Shown in pieces: positions 1 to 7,662 of a stretch of 64,000 bases of DNA; position 1 is the stretch's first letter, and each line of letters begins with the position of its first letter. Under the pieces are notes generated by a model that ran no database searches, had not been told where the DNA came from, and saw nothing but the letters and a program-made list of their open reading frames with translations. The DNA lies in IMG/VR virus record IMGVR_UViG_3300037067_009382, positions 1 through 64,000 of that record, one strand, 5' to 3'. The position numbers and the translations under genes are program-made. This stretch comes from a virus (Duplodnaviria; Caudoviricetes).

Positions 1-640
1 ATGGTTATTTGGAAGCCAGGCGTACTAAGCGGGCAAATCGACGCAAAGGGGGAACGGGGGGAGGGCCCGTGGTATCACTGACTGCGTCCTCGAGCTTCCA
101 GCGGGTCAGCTAAGCATCTCCGGCATGGTCAAACCGCAACTTTGAAACCCACAGCTGCCCGTAGGGGTGTCATCGTTTGATATCAAATTGAAAGCGATCC
201 AGCCAGACATGAGAGGAATGCGTATGGTTTATCTTTCGATTCTACCAGCGGATAGGTTGGTTGGCAATATATTACTACCTGCTACGTACCTACGGGTAAC
301 TGAAAGCCTGGCAGCTGGGTAGTGGTCATCGTCTAACGGAACGTGGCGTAGGAAGTAGCGTTGCACGGTTGGCGTTCCTTCCTAAACCGTCATGAGAATG
401 AACCTTAGAGACTACAGTGATTTAGATATACATACGCGTTACCTATATAGCTTGAGCTGAGGGTGTTATAGCTAGTTGTATCTATTTCGTTGTCCAATAT
501 AGTGATTAGGAGGTGTGATCTATTCATTTTAATCCCCACACGAAGCCGTCATACCTATTCGCCCTTACCAATCCACAGCCAATTTGAATACAAGCTATAT
601 AGAAGACTCCGGTCGTAAGAAAACAGTGGATTGATATCAG
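1..640. other. Gene-free region with palindromes and inverted repeats (possible control region, origin or structured RNA)
   Basis: No ORF of 60 aa or more. Perfect palindrome TTTGATATCAAA at 176-187. 12-bp inverted repeat CTATATAGCTTG (443-454) / CAAGCTATATAG (591-602). Several short complementary segments. Confidence 0.5.
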
Positions 641-644
641 ACTC

Positions 645-821
645 CTATGTACTATAGGCAGCGTAGGGTTGTAGTTGAGCTATGAGAGCATTTACCTGTT
701 CGGGAGTTAATCTCAGGGTAGCATCAAGGTATTCGTTTACCAGTAACAGAGCGCAAGCGTATCCTTTATCCTCTGAGGGTGTGACAGTAATGCTAGTGGG
801 TTCACTTGGATTGACTTTCAT
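645..821 (-). CDS. Hypothetical protein (58 aa, MKVNPSEPTS...)
   Basis: Translated by hand (below the ORF-track cutoff). GGAGG RBS upstream. Overlaps the end of the preceding ORF. Confidence 0.55.
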   Translation of the reverse strand: MKVNPSEPTSITVTPSEDKGYACALLLVNEYLDATLRLTPEQVNALIAQLQPYAAYST

Positions 822-1035
822 CTTTATTCCTCCCGAGCGACATTACGATATGAGATTTAGGGTGGGTGGTAACGTTGGTGAATTGTAGATCGTTTACGCT
901 AATGAGTTCGATGTGTTGTCCGGTAAATGGACAGTCAGGTATTAGGCATGGTATTAACTCAACGGTGAGAGGTAAGCGATTGGGATGCGTTTCTAATACC
1001 CAACCAACACCATGACAGAGTGTGCAGGTGTTCAT
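802..1035 (-). CDS. Small Cys-rich hypothetical protein
   Basis: CxxC and CxxxxC motifs; translationally coupled to neighbours. Confidence 0.6.
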   Translation of the reverse strand: MNTCTLCHGVGWVLETHPNRLPLTVELIPCLIPDCPFTGQHIELISVNDLQFTNVTTHPKSHIVMSLGRNKDESQSK

Positions 1036-1268
1036 AATCTGATGGTGAATGGACGACCTTCAGTAATAGAGGGATTGTGAATATTGAGAGTGTAGTTGAT
1101 GCTTAGTGAGTCGCCATTCCTTAGCTTAGGCTGGGGAGATAGAGTTTTGCGAAGGCGTTTCCTTATCAGTTTCCCACTCGCGGTCTTCATTACAGTGGTG
1201 ATGCAAACAGAGATAGCATCAAGTGGAGTTTCGGAGATTGGTAGAGTTAACCGTTCGGTTGTCTGCAT
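1032..1268 (-). CDS. Hypothetical protein
   Basis: Likely start MQTTER after a GGAG RBS, directly after the HAD gene stop. Confidence 0.55.
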   Translation of the reverse strand: MQTTERLTLPISETPLDAISVCITTVMKTASGKLIRKRLRKTLSPQPKLRNGDSLSINYTLNIHNPSITEGRPFTIRL

Positions 1269-1269
1269 G

Positions 1270-1653
1270 TTACTCCTTATCGATCCACGATGTGAATTTC
1301 TTGATCTCGGATGCGGTTGGGAACTTCCCAGTGAAGCAGAATCCACGATCGTCGATGATCATCCAGAAGGGTATCTTGTGTAACGGGAAGCCTATCTTAG
1401 CGATTTCCTCTGAGGATAGTCCAAAGCGTTCTAACCAGAACTTCATGGCATCGATTCCACCTTCCTGATGGTTACGGGCTGATAGAATGTTGATTGACAG
1501 TTCTGGATCCTTTAGCATTTCCCTCAGCCACTCGATTGCTCCCTCTGTGGGTTCATCGAGAACGACTTTAGCATTGAACTCATAACTCCACCCACTCTTG
1601 TACGAATGGAGAGTACCATCGAAATCAACAAGGATAACTTTCTTGTGGTGCAC
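1270..1653 (-). CDS. HAD-superfamily phosphatase (5'-nucleotidase / PNKP-like)
   Basis: HAD motif I ILVDFDGTLH, motif II LSAR, motif IV IIDDRG. Confidence 0.8.
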   Translation of the reverse strand: MHHKKVILVDFDGTLHSYKSGWSYEFNAKVVLDEPTEGAIEWLREMLKDPELSINILSARNHQEGGIDAMKFWLERFGLSSEEIAKIGFPLHKIPFWMIIDDRGFCFTGKFPTASEIKKFTSWIDKE

Positions 1654-1984
1654 TTGATCCCTCCAGAGTTTCAGATTCGAAGATCTTCATCGGATCGAGT
1701 AGTTTCAATCCCGTTTTAACTCCAGCGACATGCATAGCAGGAGTAGATGAGTAAATCCAGTTCAGGTTAACGATATCCTGATCAGTAGGTTCGACTTCCA
1801 TCTTATCGAGCATGGGTAGAATGCATTTTCTACCAAACAACCAAGGCATAGTCGATTCACCAACGATCTCCATACTCTCTTTCGACATGCCTGCGTTGTC
1901 ACTCGATTCCATAAATATGCTGCGTACCCTCTGAGCAGTGATTCGAAACTTAGTAATGTACGCTTTACGTTCTTCGATGTTCAT
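1625..1984 (-). CDS. Hypothetical protein
   Basis: 119-aa ORF coupled to both neighbours. Confidence 0.55.
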   Translation of the reverse strand: MNIEERKAYITKFRITAQRVRSIFMESSDNAGMSKESMEIVGESTMPWLFGRKCILPMLDKMEVEPTDQDIVNLNWIYSSTPAMHVAGVKTGLKLLDPMKIFESETLEGSSAPQESYPC

Positions 1985-2472
1985 TTCTTCTCCCCCACTA
2001 GCGCAACCTTGGTTACGTAGTTGACTGGTTGTCGTTCATACGTGACGCTAAGCTTATCGAGTGTAGCGAAAACATTAACACCCATCGCTTCTGGTATCAG
2101 TGTGAAGACGTAGTTCTCTGGTTTAGCGTAATCATCAAGCCAGAGACCAATCAATCGTTTCTGTAATGTTCGTACCTTCGGTTGCCAATACAATAAGCAT
2201 CGGGCCTGTCTATCAGACAACTTCGGATGCAATCTTTTCATTTTCTCCACGTGGCTTGCTAAATCGAACCGTACAATAATGAATCGTGTAGCTGATGAGT
2301 TCAGGTTGATAAACTTGTCTACGGTTACAACGTTCGGTGGACATGATGCATGCAGTCCATAATTAGGACAACCCTTCGGATGTTCGGGATAGGGTAAACA
2401 GCACCACTTACGTGCATCCATATCGATAACGAGATGATCACGTACAGAGTGGATACTGCTTTCGAGATCCAT
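1981..2472 (-). CDS. DUF2284-like predicted metal-binding protein
   Basis: WCCLPYP..GCPNYG...SCPP and C-terminal PEAMGVNVFATL pattern; start at MDLES with TAATG coupling. Confidence 0.65.
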   Translation of the reverse strand: MDLESSIHSVRDHLVIDMDARKWCCLPYPEHPKGCPNYGLHASCPPNVVTVDKFINLNSSATRFIIVRFDLASHVEKMKRLHPKLSDRQARCLLYWQPKVRTLQKRLIGLWLDDYAKPENYVFTLIPEAMGVNVFATLDKLSVTYERQPVNYVTKVALVGEKK

Positions 2473-2693
2473 TATCCGAAACTCCTTCCACACTCTTTGC
2501 ATACTGGCTTAGGTTTGAACTCTGGAACGTGTTCATCTGAAGTGTACACAGCACGAAACTCAGCAGGTGGTGTATGAGATGAACGGATGGCAACAATCTT
2601 CACTCCAGGTTTGAAATCTCGTATTCCTACGATCTCCCATCCATCGAAGTCCTGTTTCGATTCTGCAACCCAGTTACCTTGTTCCTTCTTCAT
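2472..2693 (-). CDS. Hypothetical protein with C-terminal CxxC
   Basis: Ends CKECGRSFG; coupled ORF. Confidence 0.55.
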   Translation of the reverse strand: MKKEQGNWVAESKQDFDGWEIVGIRDFKPGVKIVAIRSSHTPPAEFRAVYTSDEHVPEFKPKPVCKECGRSFG

Positions 2694-3043
2694 AAGACGT
2701 TCTCCACTACGACAAAGTGTTTTGGATCGTAGTACAGTATCAATGTGTTGGGTGGAACCTCTTCACTCGCCCTAACTGGAATACCCATACACGTATCCTC
2801 TGAAACCTTAGTCTCACACCCCATTGCTGAAAGCAATCCATTCAATCGTGCTTTCGCTTTATGCCAATCGTCAGGGTTGATACGTATCTCCCTAAAGACA
2901 GGATCGGGACACATTTCTTTAACCCTATTGATTGCTCGATCGAGAATGTCAAGTGTAAGTTCTTCTGCCATTAGTTCATTATACCACTCATGCGGTATAC
3001 CAAAGGCAATCCGTACTGTTCCTTTGCTTCGTGTGAAGTGCAA
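2690..3043 (-). CDS. Hypothetical protein
   Basis: ORF in the operon; start uncertain. Confidence 0.5.
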   Translation of the reverse strand: MHFTRSKGTVRIAFGIPHEWYNELMAEELTLDILDRAINRVKEMCPDPVFREIRINPDDWHKAKARLNGLLSAMGCETKVSEDTCMGIPVRASEEVPPNTLILYYDPKHFVVVENVL

Positions 3044-3210
3044 AGTAACTCGAGTAACTCTCTCATGGGTAGCGGTTCGATCAACTTCCGAATCGAGAGA
3101 TCGGCTACACTAATAACACCAGCTGAGACGAGGTTCACTACAATTCGACAAGCGATATCTTCTCTCTGGGTTTCGTATGCTGTTAAGTCGAGAGCCTGAT
3201 TCTCCATCAC
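2971..3210 (-). CDS. Hypothetical protein
   Basis: 79-aa ORF, coupled. Confidence 0.5.
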   Translation of the reverse strand: MMENQALDLTAYETQREDIACRIVVNLVSAGVISVADLSIRKLIEPLPMRELLELLCTSHEAKEQYGLPLVYRMSGIMN

Positions 3211-3380
3211 TACACCTTCTTGGATGCATCACGTATACGTTGCTGAAGGGAACCAATACGGGTAGCCTTCAGTTTCGGATCCGCTACGTTCTTCTTGTGT
3301 TGAGGTGACTGTTCGTGTTCTTCCCAATTCTCGACCATCTCTCCACACAGACCGCAATGGACTTTCTTTATAGGTTCCAT
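3210..3380 (-). CDS. Small C2H2 zinc-finger protein (56 aa)
   Basis: Hand translation MEPIKKVHCGLCGEMVENWEEHEQSPQHKK...; C-x2-C-x9-H-x5-H; GAGGGG RBS. Confidence 0.6.
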   Translation of the reverse strand: MEPIKKVHCGLCGEMVENWEEHEQSPQHKKNVADPKLKATRIGSLQQRIRDASKKV

Positions 3381-3389
3381 AGGCCCCTC

Positions 3390-3587
3390 CTAGTTCTTAT
3401 TGAAATCGGTTGAATGTGCTACGAGTCTGCCGTTAGTACGTATCTGGGTGAGTGCTAACTTCTCGGGTTGTGTTAGCATGTTCAGATCCTGCTTCAGCTT
3501 CAAAGCATCAAGGCAGTCTTCTAACTCCCTTACATACAGAGGACATTCTTCGTACTTGCACGTTGTTCCTGTCTTCGAGCAATACAT
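3390..3587 (-). CDS. Small Cys-rich hypothetical protein
   Basis: C-x6-C-x4-C-x9-C; RBS; lies just downstream of a promoter. Confidence 0.6.
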   Translation of the reverse strand: MYCSKTGTTCKYEECPLYVRELEDCLDALKLKQDLNMLTQPEKLALTQIRTNGRLVAHSTDFNKN

Positions 3588-3610
3588 TCCTCTACCTCCC
3601 GTTCAATTTT

Positions 3611-3639
3611 ATTATACGGGAGAACGGTGGTAATATCAA
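3611..3639 (-). promoter_or_regulatory. Sigma70-type promoter
   Basis: TTGATA-N17-TATAAT on the minus strand in an intergenic gap. Confidence 0.75.
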
Positions 3640-3643
3640 GGCA

Positions 3644-3949
3644 CTAGTTTTTACTGGGCTTCAGTTCGATCTCCTTGATAGTAACGTCTTTGACTTCGAG
3701 TACCATACCTATCGAGCTAGCTGTCAGTTTCATCCTCTCGGTATCGAAAGCAACTAGCAAGATAAATAGTGTCTCTGGGCAATCACAATCAAGTCCGATC
3801 GTCCTTCCACTAATCTTTACGAACAGATGAACAGGTTTCCCACAGAGGTCGCACTTCTCTTTGCATTCGGTTTCCTCTGTCCTCGTCACGTCAAAGCTCT
3901 CCTCAAGTAACCTTATCAGTTTCTCTAGGTACTCCGGATTCGCTTGCAT
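3644..3949 (-). CDS. Zinc-ribbon hypothetical protein
   Basis: CDLCG...CDC motifs. Confidence 0.55.
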   Translation of the reverse strand: MQANPEYLEKLIRLLEESFDVTRTEETECKEKCDLCGKPVHLFVKISGRTIGLDCDCPETLFILLVAFDTERMKLTASSIGMVLEVKDVTIKEIELKPSKN

Positions 3950-4121
3950 CCCACACCTCCACTTCCTTCATTTCTATCGGCTGTCCTGCTAGACACTGAG
4001 GATGAACAGGACACAGTGAACATGTCTTGCCCGAAAACGCTTTCGGATTCTCGTAACACTCAGGAGCGAGATACAGAGTCGTTGCGTGTAACCTTACGTA
4101 CGGCTTTATTTCCTTCCCCAT
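3903..4121 (-). CDS. Small protein with a C-x11-C-x2-C-x5-C module
   Basis: CYENPKAFSGKTCSLCPVHPQC; likely start MGKEIK (TAATG coupling). Confidence 0.6.
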   Translation of the reverse strand: MGKEIKPYVRLHATTLYLAPECYENPKAFSGKTCSLCPVHPQCLAGQPIEMKEVEVWDASESGVPRETDKVT

Positions 4122-4309
4122 TACTTCGCCTGGTATATGAACAGAATGTGACAATTGGGACACTGTACACCCATTCGACCATCGGGTAGCTTTTGGCATA
4201 TGAAGTGAAACGGAAACGCTTCCTTCTTCAAATGCAACTCATCACCGAAACACTGGTGGTCGAACTCAAGGGTATGAATTATCTGCTCAACTATTGGTGT
4301 TCCTCTCAT
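4121..4309 (-). CDS. Small hypothetical protein (CPNC)
   Basis: GAGGAG RBS; CxxC. Confidence 0.55.
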   Translation of the reverse strand: MRGTPIVEQIIHTLEFDHQCFGDELHLKKEAFPFHFICQKLPDGRMGVQCPNCHILFIYQAK

Positions 4310-4358
4310 ATTCCTACTCCTCGAATGAATACGTCAGATTTATATATAACCCCGTGGT

Positions 4359-4949
4359 TTATCTTCCGTTTTTACCAGGGGATTCCTTACTAGCTGTATA
4401 TTTGTGTAGCTCCAAAATACCCAATTCCTTTATCTTTGGGGCATACGTCGGTTTCAGATACACGTCAACGAAGTTTTGGTACGTTGTAATGTAAGCAACG
4501 TTATGGGGTAAGTCACGAGGCTCAACTGAGAACATCATGTAGTACGCTTCGTGTTTGACTAGTGTAATCGGAGAACAGAGCGAGTAGGGAAACGCAACTA
4601 ACCATGGTTGGAAGTTGCGTGCGAAGATGAGTAATGGTATCTTGTCGAAGCTCTCTTGAGCCTGTTGGGCTGCTTTGCCATACCATTCCTTAATGATGTG
4701 CTTGTTACCGGTCTTGAGTAATCCTTCTATCTGCCACCCTTCTTGTTTCTTGCACTCAATCAAAAAGGGCCAGATGGCTGAGAGCTTGTCTGCTGCAACG
4801 ATATCTCCCTTCCATTGTATACGTGCACCACTATCGGGTGCTCTCGGAAGGAAGCGCTGTTGATCGAATCCACCTAGATCCTTAGCGAGTTGCTTTGCAA
4901 CGATTAGCTCCCAACCACAACCTTTATCTCGACATCCACCTGGCCTCAT
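4359..4949 (-). CDS. PD-(D/E)xK nuclease, putative Holliday junction resolvase (Hjc-like)
   Basis: G..WE..VAK.L, GDI and FLIECKKQE motifs. Confidence 0.75.
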   Translation of the reverse strand: MRPGGCRDKGCGWELIVAKQLAKDLGGFDQQRFLPRAPDSGARIQWKGDIVAADKLSAIWPFLIECKKQEGWQIEGLLKTGNKHIIKEWYGKAAQQAQESFDKIPLLIFARNFQPWLVAFPYSLCSPITLVKHEAYYMMFSVEPRDLPHNVAYITTYQNFVDVYLKPTYAPKIKELGILELHKYTASKESPGKNGR

Positions 4950-4958
4950 ATTTCACCT

Positions 4959-5183
4959 CTAGTCAGGCAGTTTCTTCGTTGGCCATTTCTCCATCGCTTC
5001 GGCTTGAGCGAGAATGCTTGCAGTTCCCTCTTCATCGCCTGTAGCTCTCTTGTACTGAGAGGCATAGAATTTCACTACACCCGCAGCAAGTTTGTCTTGC
5101 GCGCGAAGTACGAATAAAGGTTCCGCATCAGGTACCTTCTTCTTTTCGAGTGTAACCTTTCCGTACTTTCCATCAACACCCAT
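4959..5183 (-). CDS. Conserved small phage protein (EPLFVLRAQD)
   Basis: AGGAGG RBS before MGVDGK. Confidence 0.65.
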   Translation of the reverse strand: MGVDGKYGKVTLEKKKVPDAEPLFVLRAQDKLAAGVVKFYASQYKRATGDEEGTASILAQAEAMEKWPTKKLPD

Positions 5184-5208
5184 AATGAAACCTCCTGTCG
5201 ATAATATA

Positions 5209-5847
5209 TTATACCGTGCCGAACACAACCGGGACGCGTTCTGCAAACTCGATATGCAACGGATGCATAACCTCAACCATCTGAGGATGTGCCTTCTCAC
5301 TATCACGCAATCTAAATATGTGACGCCATTCTCTTAGGTTGTGCGTGGCAACCAGTTGAGTCTTTGTACCTTGTGGTAACCACCATCGTGCTTTCTCAGG
5401 ACGCTCCTTACCAGTTCCTTTATCTGCCCAGATCTTCAACCACTTCAGGTATAAGGCTTCTTCAATCTCGGCGTCGTGAATGAACTCTTGCATCTCGTCT
5501 TCGGGTGCATCGATCATCCAAGGTGGAATGATAAACCTTACCCCTTTCTTGCCATAGTTACAGTACCGAGTTGATTCCTGAGAGTAGCTTGCGATACGAT
5601 GCCTTACCCATTCATGAGAGACACCACGATCGCATGTAATGATAACTGTTACTCCGAGGTGCTCGATTACACTCTCGTGTCCACGATCGATAATGTTGCG
5701 AATGAACTTCGCTCCCGACTCAGCAGTCTCTCCAGGCTTGGATTGATAGCAAACCTTCCCATACCGTTCAAGCAATCGAAGGATGCGCGTCTGATCAAGC
5801 ATCAGTTCGGGTTCCATTATTTCGTAACCGGGTTTGACAAGTTCCAT
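5209..5847 (-). CDS. thyX: Flavin-dependent thymidylate synthase
   Basis: GHESVIEH and the ThyX signature RHRIASYSQESTRY; NLREWRHIFRLR...AHPQM. Confidence 0.95.
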   Translation of the reverse strand: MELVKPGYEIMEPELMLDQTRILRLLERYGKVCYQSKPGETAESGAKFIRNIIDRGHESVIEHLGVTVIITCDRGVSHEWVRHRIASYSQESTRYCNYGKKGVRFIIPPWMIDAPEDEMQEFIHDAEIEEALYLKWLKIWADKGTGKERPEKARWWLPQGTKTQLVATHNLREWRHIFRLRDSEKAHPQMVEVMHPLHIEFAERVPVVFGTV

Positions 5848-6338
5848 TACGTTGCTGCCTCCTCTACTCGATCCATATACTTTCGGAAGGCCTTCTCTAG
5901 AACCTCGGGTTTGCAATATTGGTGGTCGCCTAGATCGATCATGCCTTTATCGTTAACCTTAAACATGGCTGTGATCTCTAATGCCTTCCTCGGGGAGTTC
6001 TTTTCAAACTCATCCTCTTCGTTCGCAACCATCAGGTCGATATAGTTTACCATATCGTCCAGAGTATCAGTTCTGCTTTCGTTCTGTGGGGGCCTGTTGC
6101 TATGCTTCAGATTCGCATCTCGTACCTGTTTCAATACGAACAACATATTGGCTACACCACTACCGGTATGGCCAGTAAAGTTATCGATCTCGAGCTCATT
6201 TGCAATCGCGGCTACCTTCTTGAAGGATGACAGACGATCCTGGTCTACCTTATCGTAGTCACTACCCTTCTTGAACAGGAGGTTCTTGCATCGAGTGATC
6301 CGATCCTCTACCAGTTTCAGAAATCGATCGTTCTTCAT
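5847..6338 (-). CDS. Nucleotide-modification-associated domain protein (DUF1599/Nmad1-like)
   Basis: KKGSDY..D.L..F and DTLDDMVNY helical motif. Confidence 0.6.
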   Translation of the reverse strand: MKNDRFLKLVEDRITRCKNLLFKKGSDYDKVDQDRLSSFKKVAAIANELEIDNFTGHTGSGVANMLFVLKQVRDANLKHSNRPPQNESRTDTLDDMVNYIDLMVANEEDEFEKNSPRKALEITAMFKVNDKGMIDLGDHQYCKPEVLEKAFRKYMDRVEEAAT

Positions 6339-7050
6339 CCCTTGCTGACTCCTTCTTAAAATACTCAACCCACTCGCTCGATGTTTTGCAAATGGGTACT
6401 TCTAATTTGTCTGGAAGGTGTTTGGATTCTTCAACCGTCATTACTCTTGCTGGGGGCATGTTGTATAGTCGTAGGAGAGTATGGTCTAGTCCTACAGTTA
6501 CATATGCTTCTGCTAACCTTCTCAGATCACCTTGACGATTCTGGGTAAAGCAGTTTTGCATCTTGTAATCCTGAATCAACTGGGCTGCCCTTCCTAATGA
6601 GGATGCCTTTAACTCACGTAACGTTTGATCGAGCTCCAGACGAAGCATATCCTCATTCATGCGCCACTGCTTCTCTGTAACTGTCTCACGTCCAATTTCC
6701 TGAAGACCAAGAAAGCCTCCCATCGTACGATGTACGCGAGTACTCTCTTCGAGCTTGTAAGTTCGCTCAGCCGGAATCATGTACGATAGACGAACACCCT
6801 CGGGAGTCATCATCGTAACACCCGTATCTGTAATATAGGTTGATGGTTCAACTTCATCCAGACTCTTTGCTCCAGCTCGTACGTATCCGGAAACCCTTAT
6901 GGTCTTCCAGCAAGGAAACTCAGTCTTGAGTCTTTCCGTATCCGTCACGAGTATGGGTGTGAGCGAAGCACTCTTTACCTTCAGACCAGTAATCTGTTGG
7001 ATCCTTCGCTCCAGAAGCATTACATCTGGTATGTCGTTGAGTTTACCCAT
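6262..7050 (-). CDS. Hypothetical protein
   Basis: 262-aa ORF with RBS. Confidence 0.7.
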   Translation of the reverse strand: MGKLNDIPDVMLLERRIQQITGLKVKSASLTPILVTDTERLKTEFPCWKTIRVSGYVRAGAKSLDEVEPSTYITDTGVTMMTPEGVRLSYMIPAERTYKLEESTRVHRTMGGFLGLQEIGRETVTEKQWRMNEDMLRLELDQTLRELKASSLGRAAQLIQDYKMQNCFTQNRQGDLRRLAEAYVTVGLDHTLLRLYNMPPARVMTVEESKHLPDKLEVPICKTSSEWVEYFKKESARDEERSISETGRGSDHSMQEPPVQEG

Positions 7051-7053
7051 CTA

Positions 7054-7662
7054 CTATCTCCTGTTGGGCAATACAATGCCTGGTTTAACGATTTGAGGTT
7101 GCTTCGCCGTAGCCTGTTGCTGAGCGATCATCTCCTGCTGGATCCAGGTTTCTTGTCTTGTGAATGTTCCGAGATCACTCATGTGAGCGATCAACGATCT
7201 CATCTGACCAACCCAGGCTAGAGACATATTTGCGAAATGATACTGGAAGACGGTTGAGTCATCAGGATTCCAGATGATAAGCATCAAGGGTAGCTTATAG
7301 TCACCGTGCTCACATACGTGCTGGGTAACTGCTTCGGTTAACTCAGCTTCCTTCGCTGATGCATTCTTCCAACCCAATGTCGGAACAGCAAAGGGATCGT
7401 TACCGGTACTCTTGACTGCAGATTTGATTAGTCCATTCAACCATCCGACCAAGGCATCGTATTGACCAACCCAACCCTTACTCTGGTTCATGGCTATCAA
7501 CGCGAATCTTGCGGATTCTGTGCCCTTCCAGGCAACCAAAAGCATTTGCCTTTTATCGGTTACATCGAAGGCACTCTCGATCGCTTCCTGGATCTGCTTC
7601 ACCTCGATCCTGGATCGAAGCTCAACCATTCTGGGTGTGATGCGTTCGTTAGTTTTGTCCAT
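7054..7662 (-). CDS. Hypothetical protein
   Basis: 202-aa ORF with RBS. Confidence 0.7.
   Translation of the reverse strand: MDKTNERITPRMVELRSRIEVKQIQEAIESAFDVTDKRQMLLVAWKGTESARFALIAMNQSKGWVGQYDALVGWLNGLIKSAVKSTGNDPFAVPTLGWKNASAKEAELTEAVTQHVCEHGDYKLPLMLIIWNPDDSTVFQYHFANMSLAWVGQMRSLIAHMSDLGTFTRQETWIQQEMIAQQQATAKQPQIVKPGIVLPNRR

Noticed and set aside
28-50. c-di-GMP-I riboswitch-like GGGCAAA..GACGCAAAG
   Set aside because: The P2 stem and GNRA loop between the two words are missing, and no downstream plus-strand gene exists.
30-480. Group I intron-like words (CCTTAGAGACTAC at ~403-415; AAATCG..AAAGGGGGAA near 35-55)
   Set aside because: No matching P7' (UAGUC) element, poor P3 pairing, and no flanking exons interrupted.
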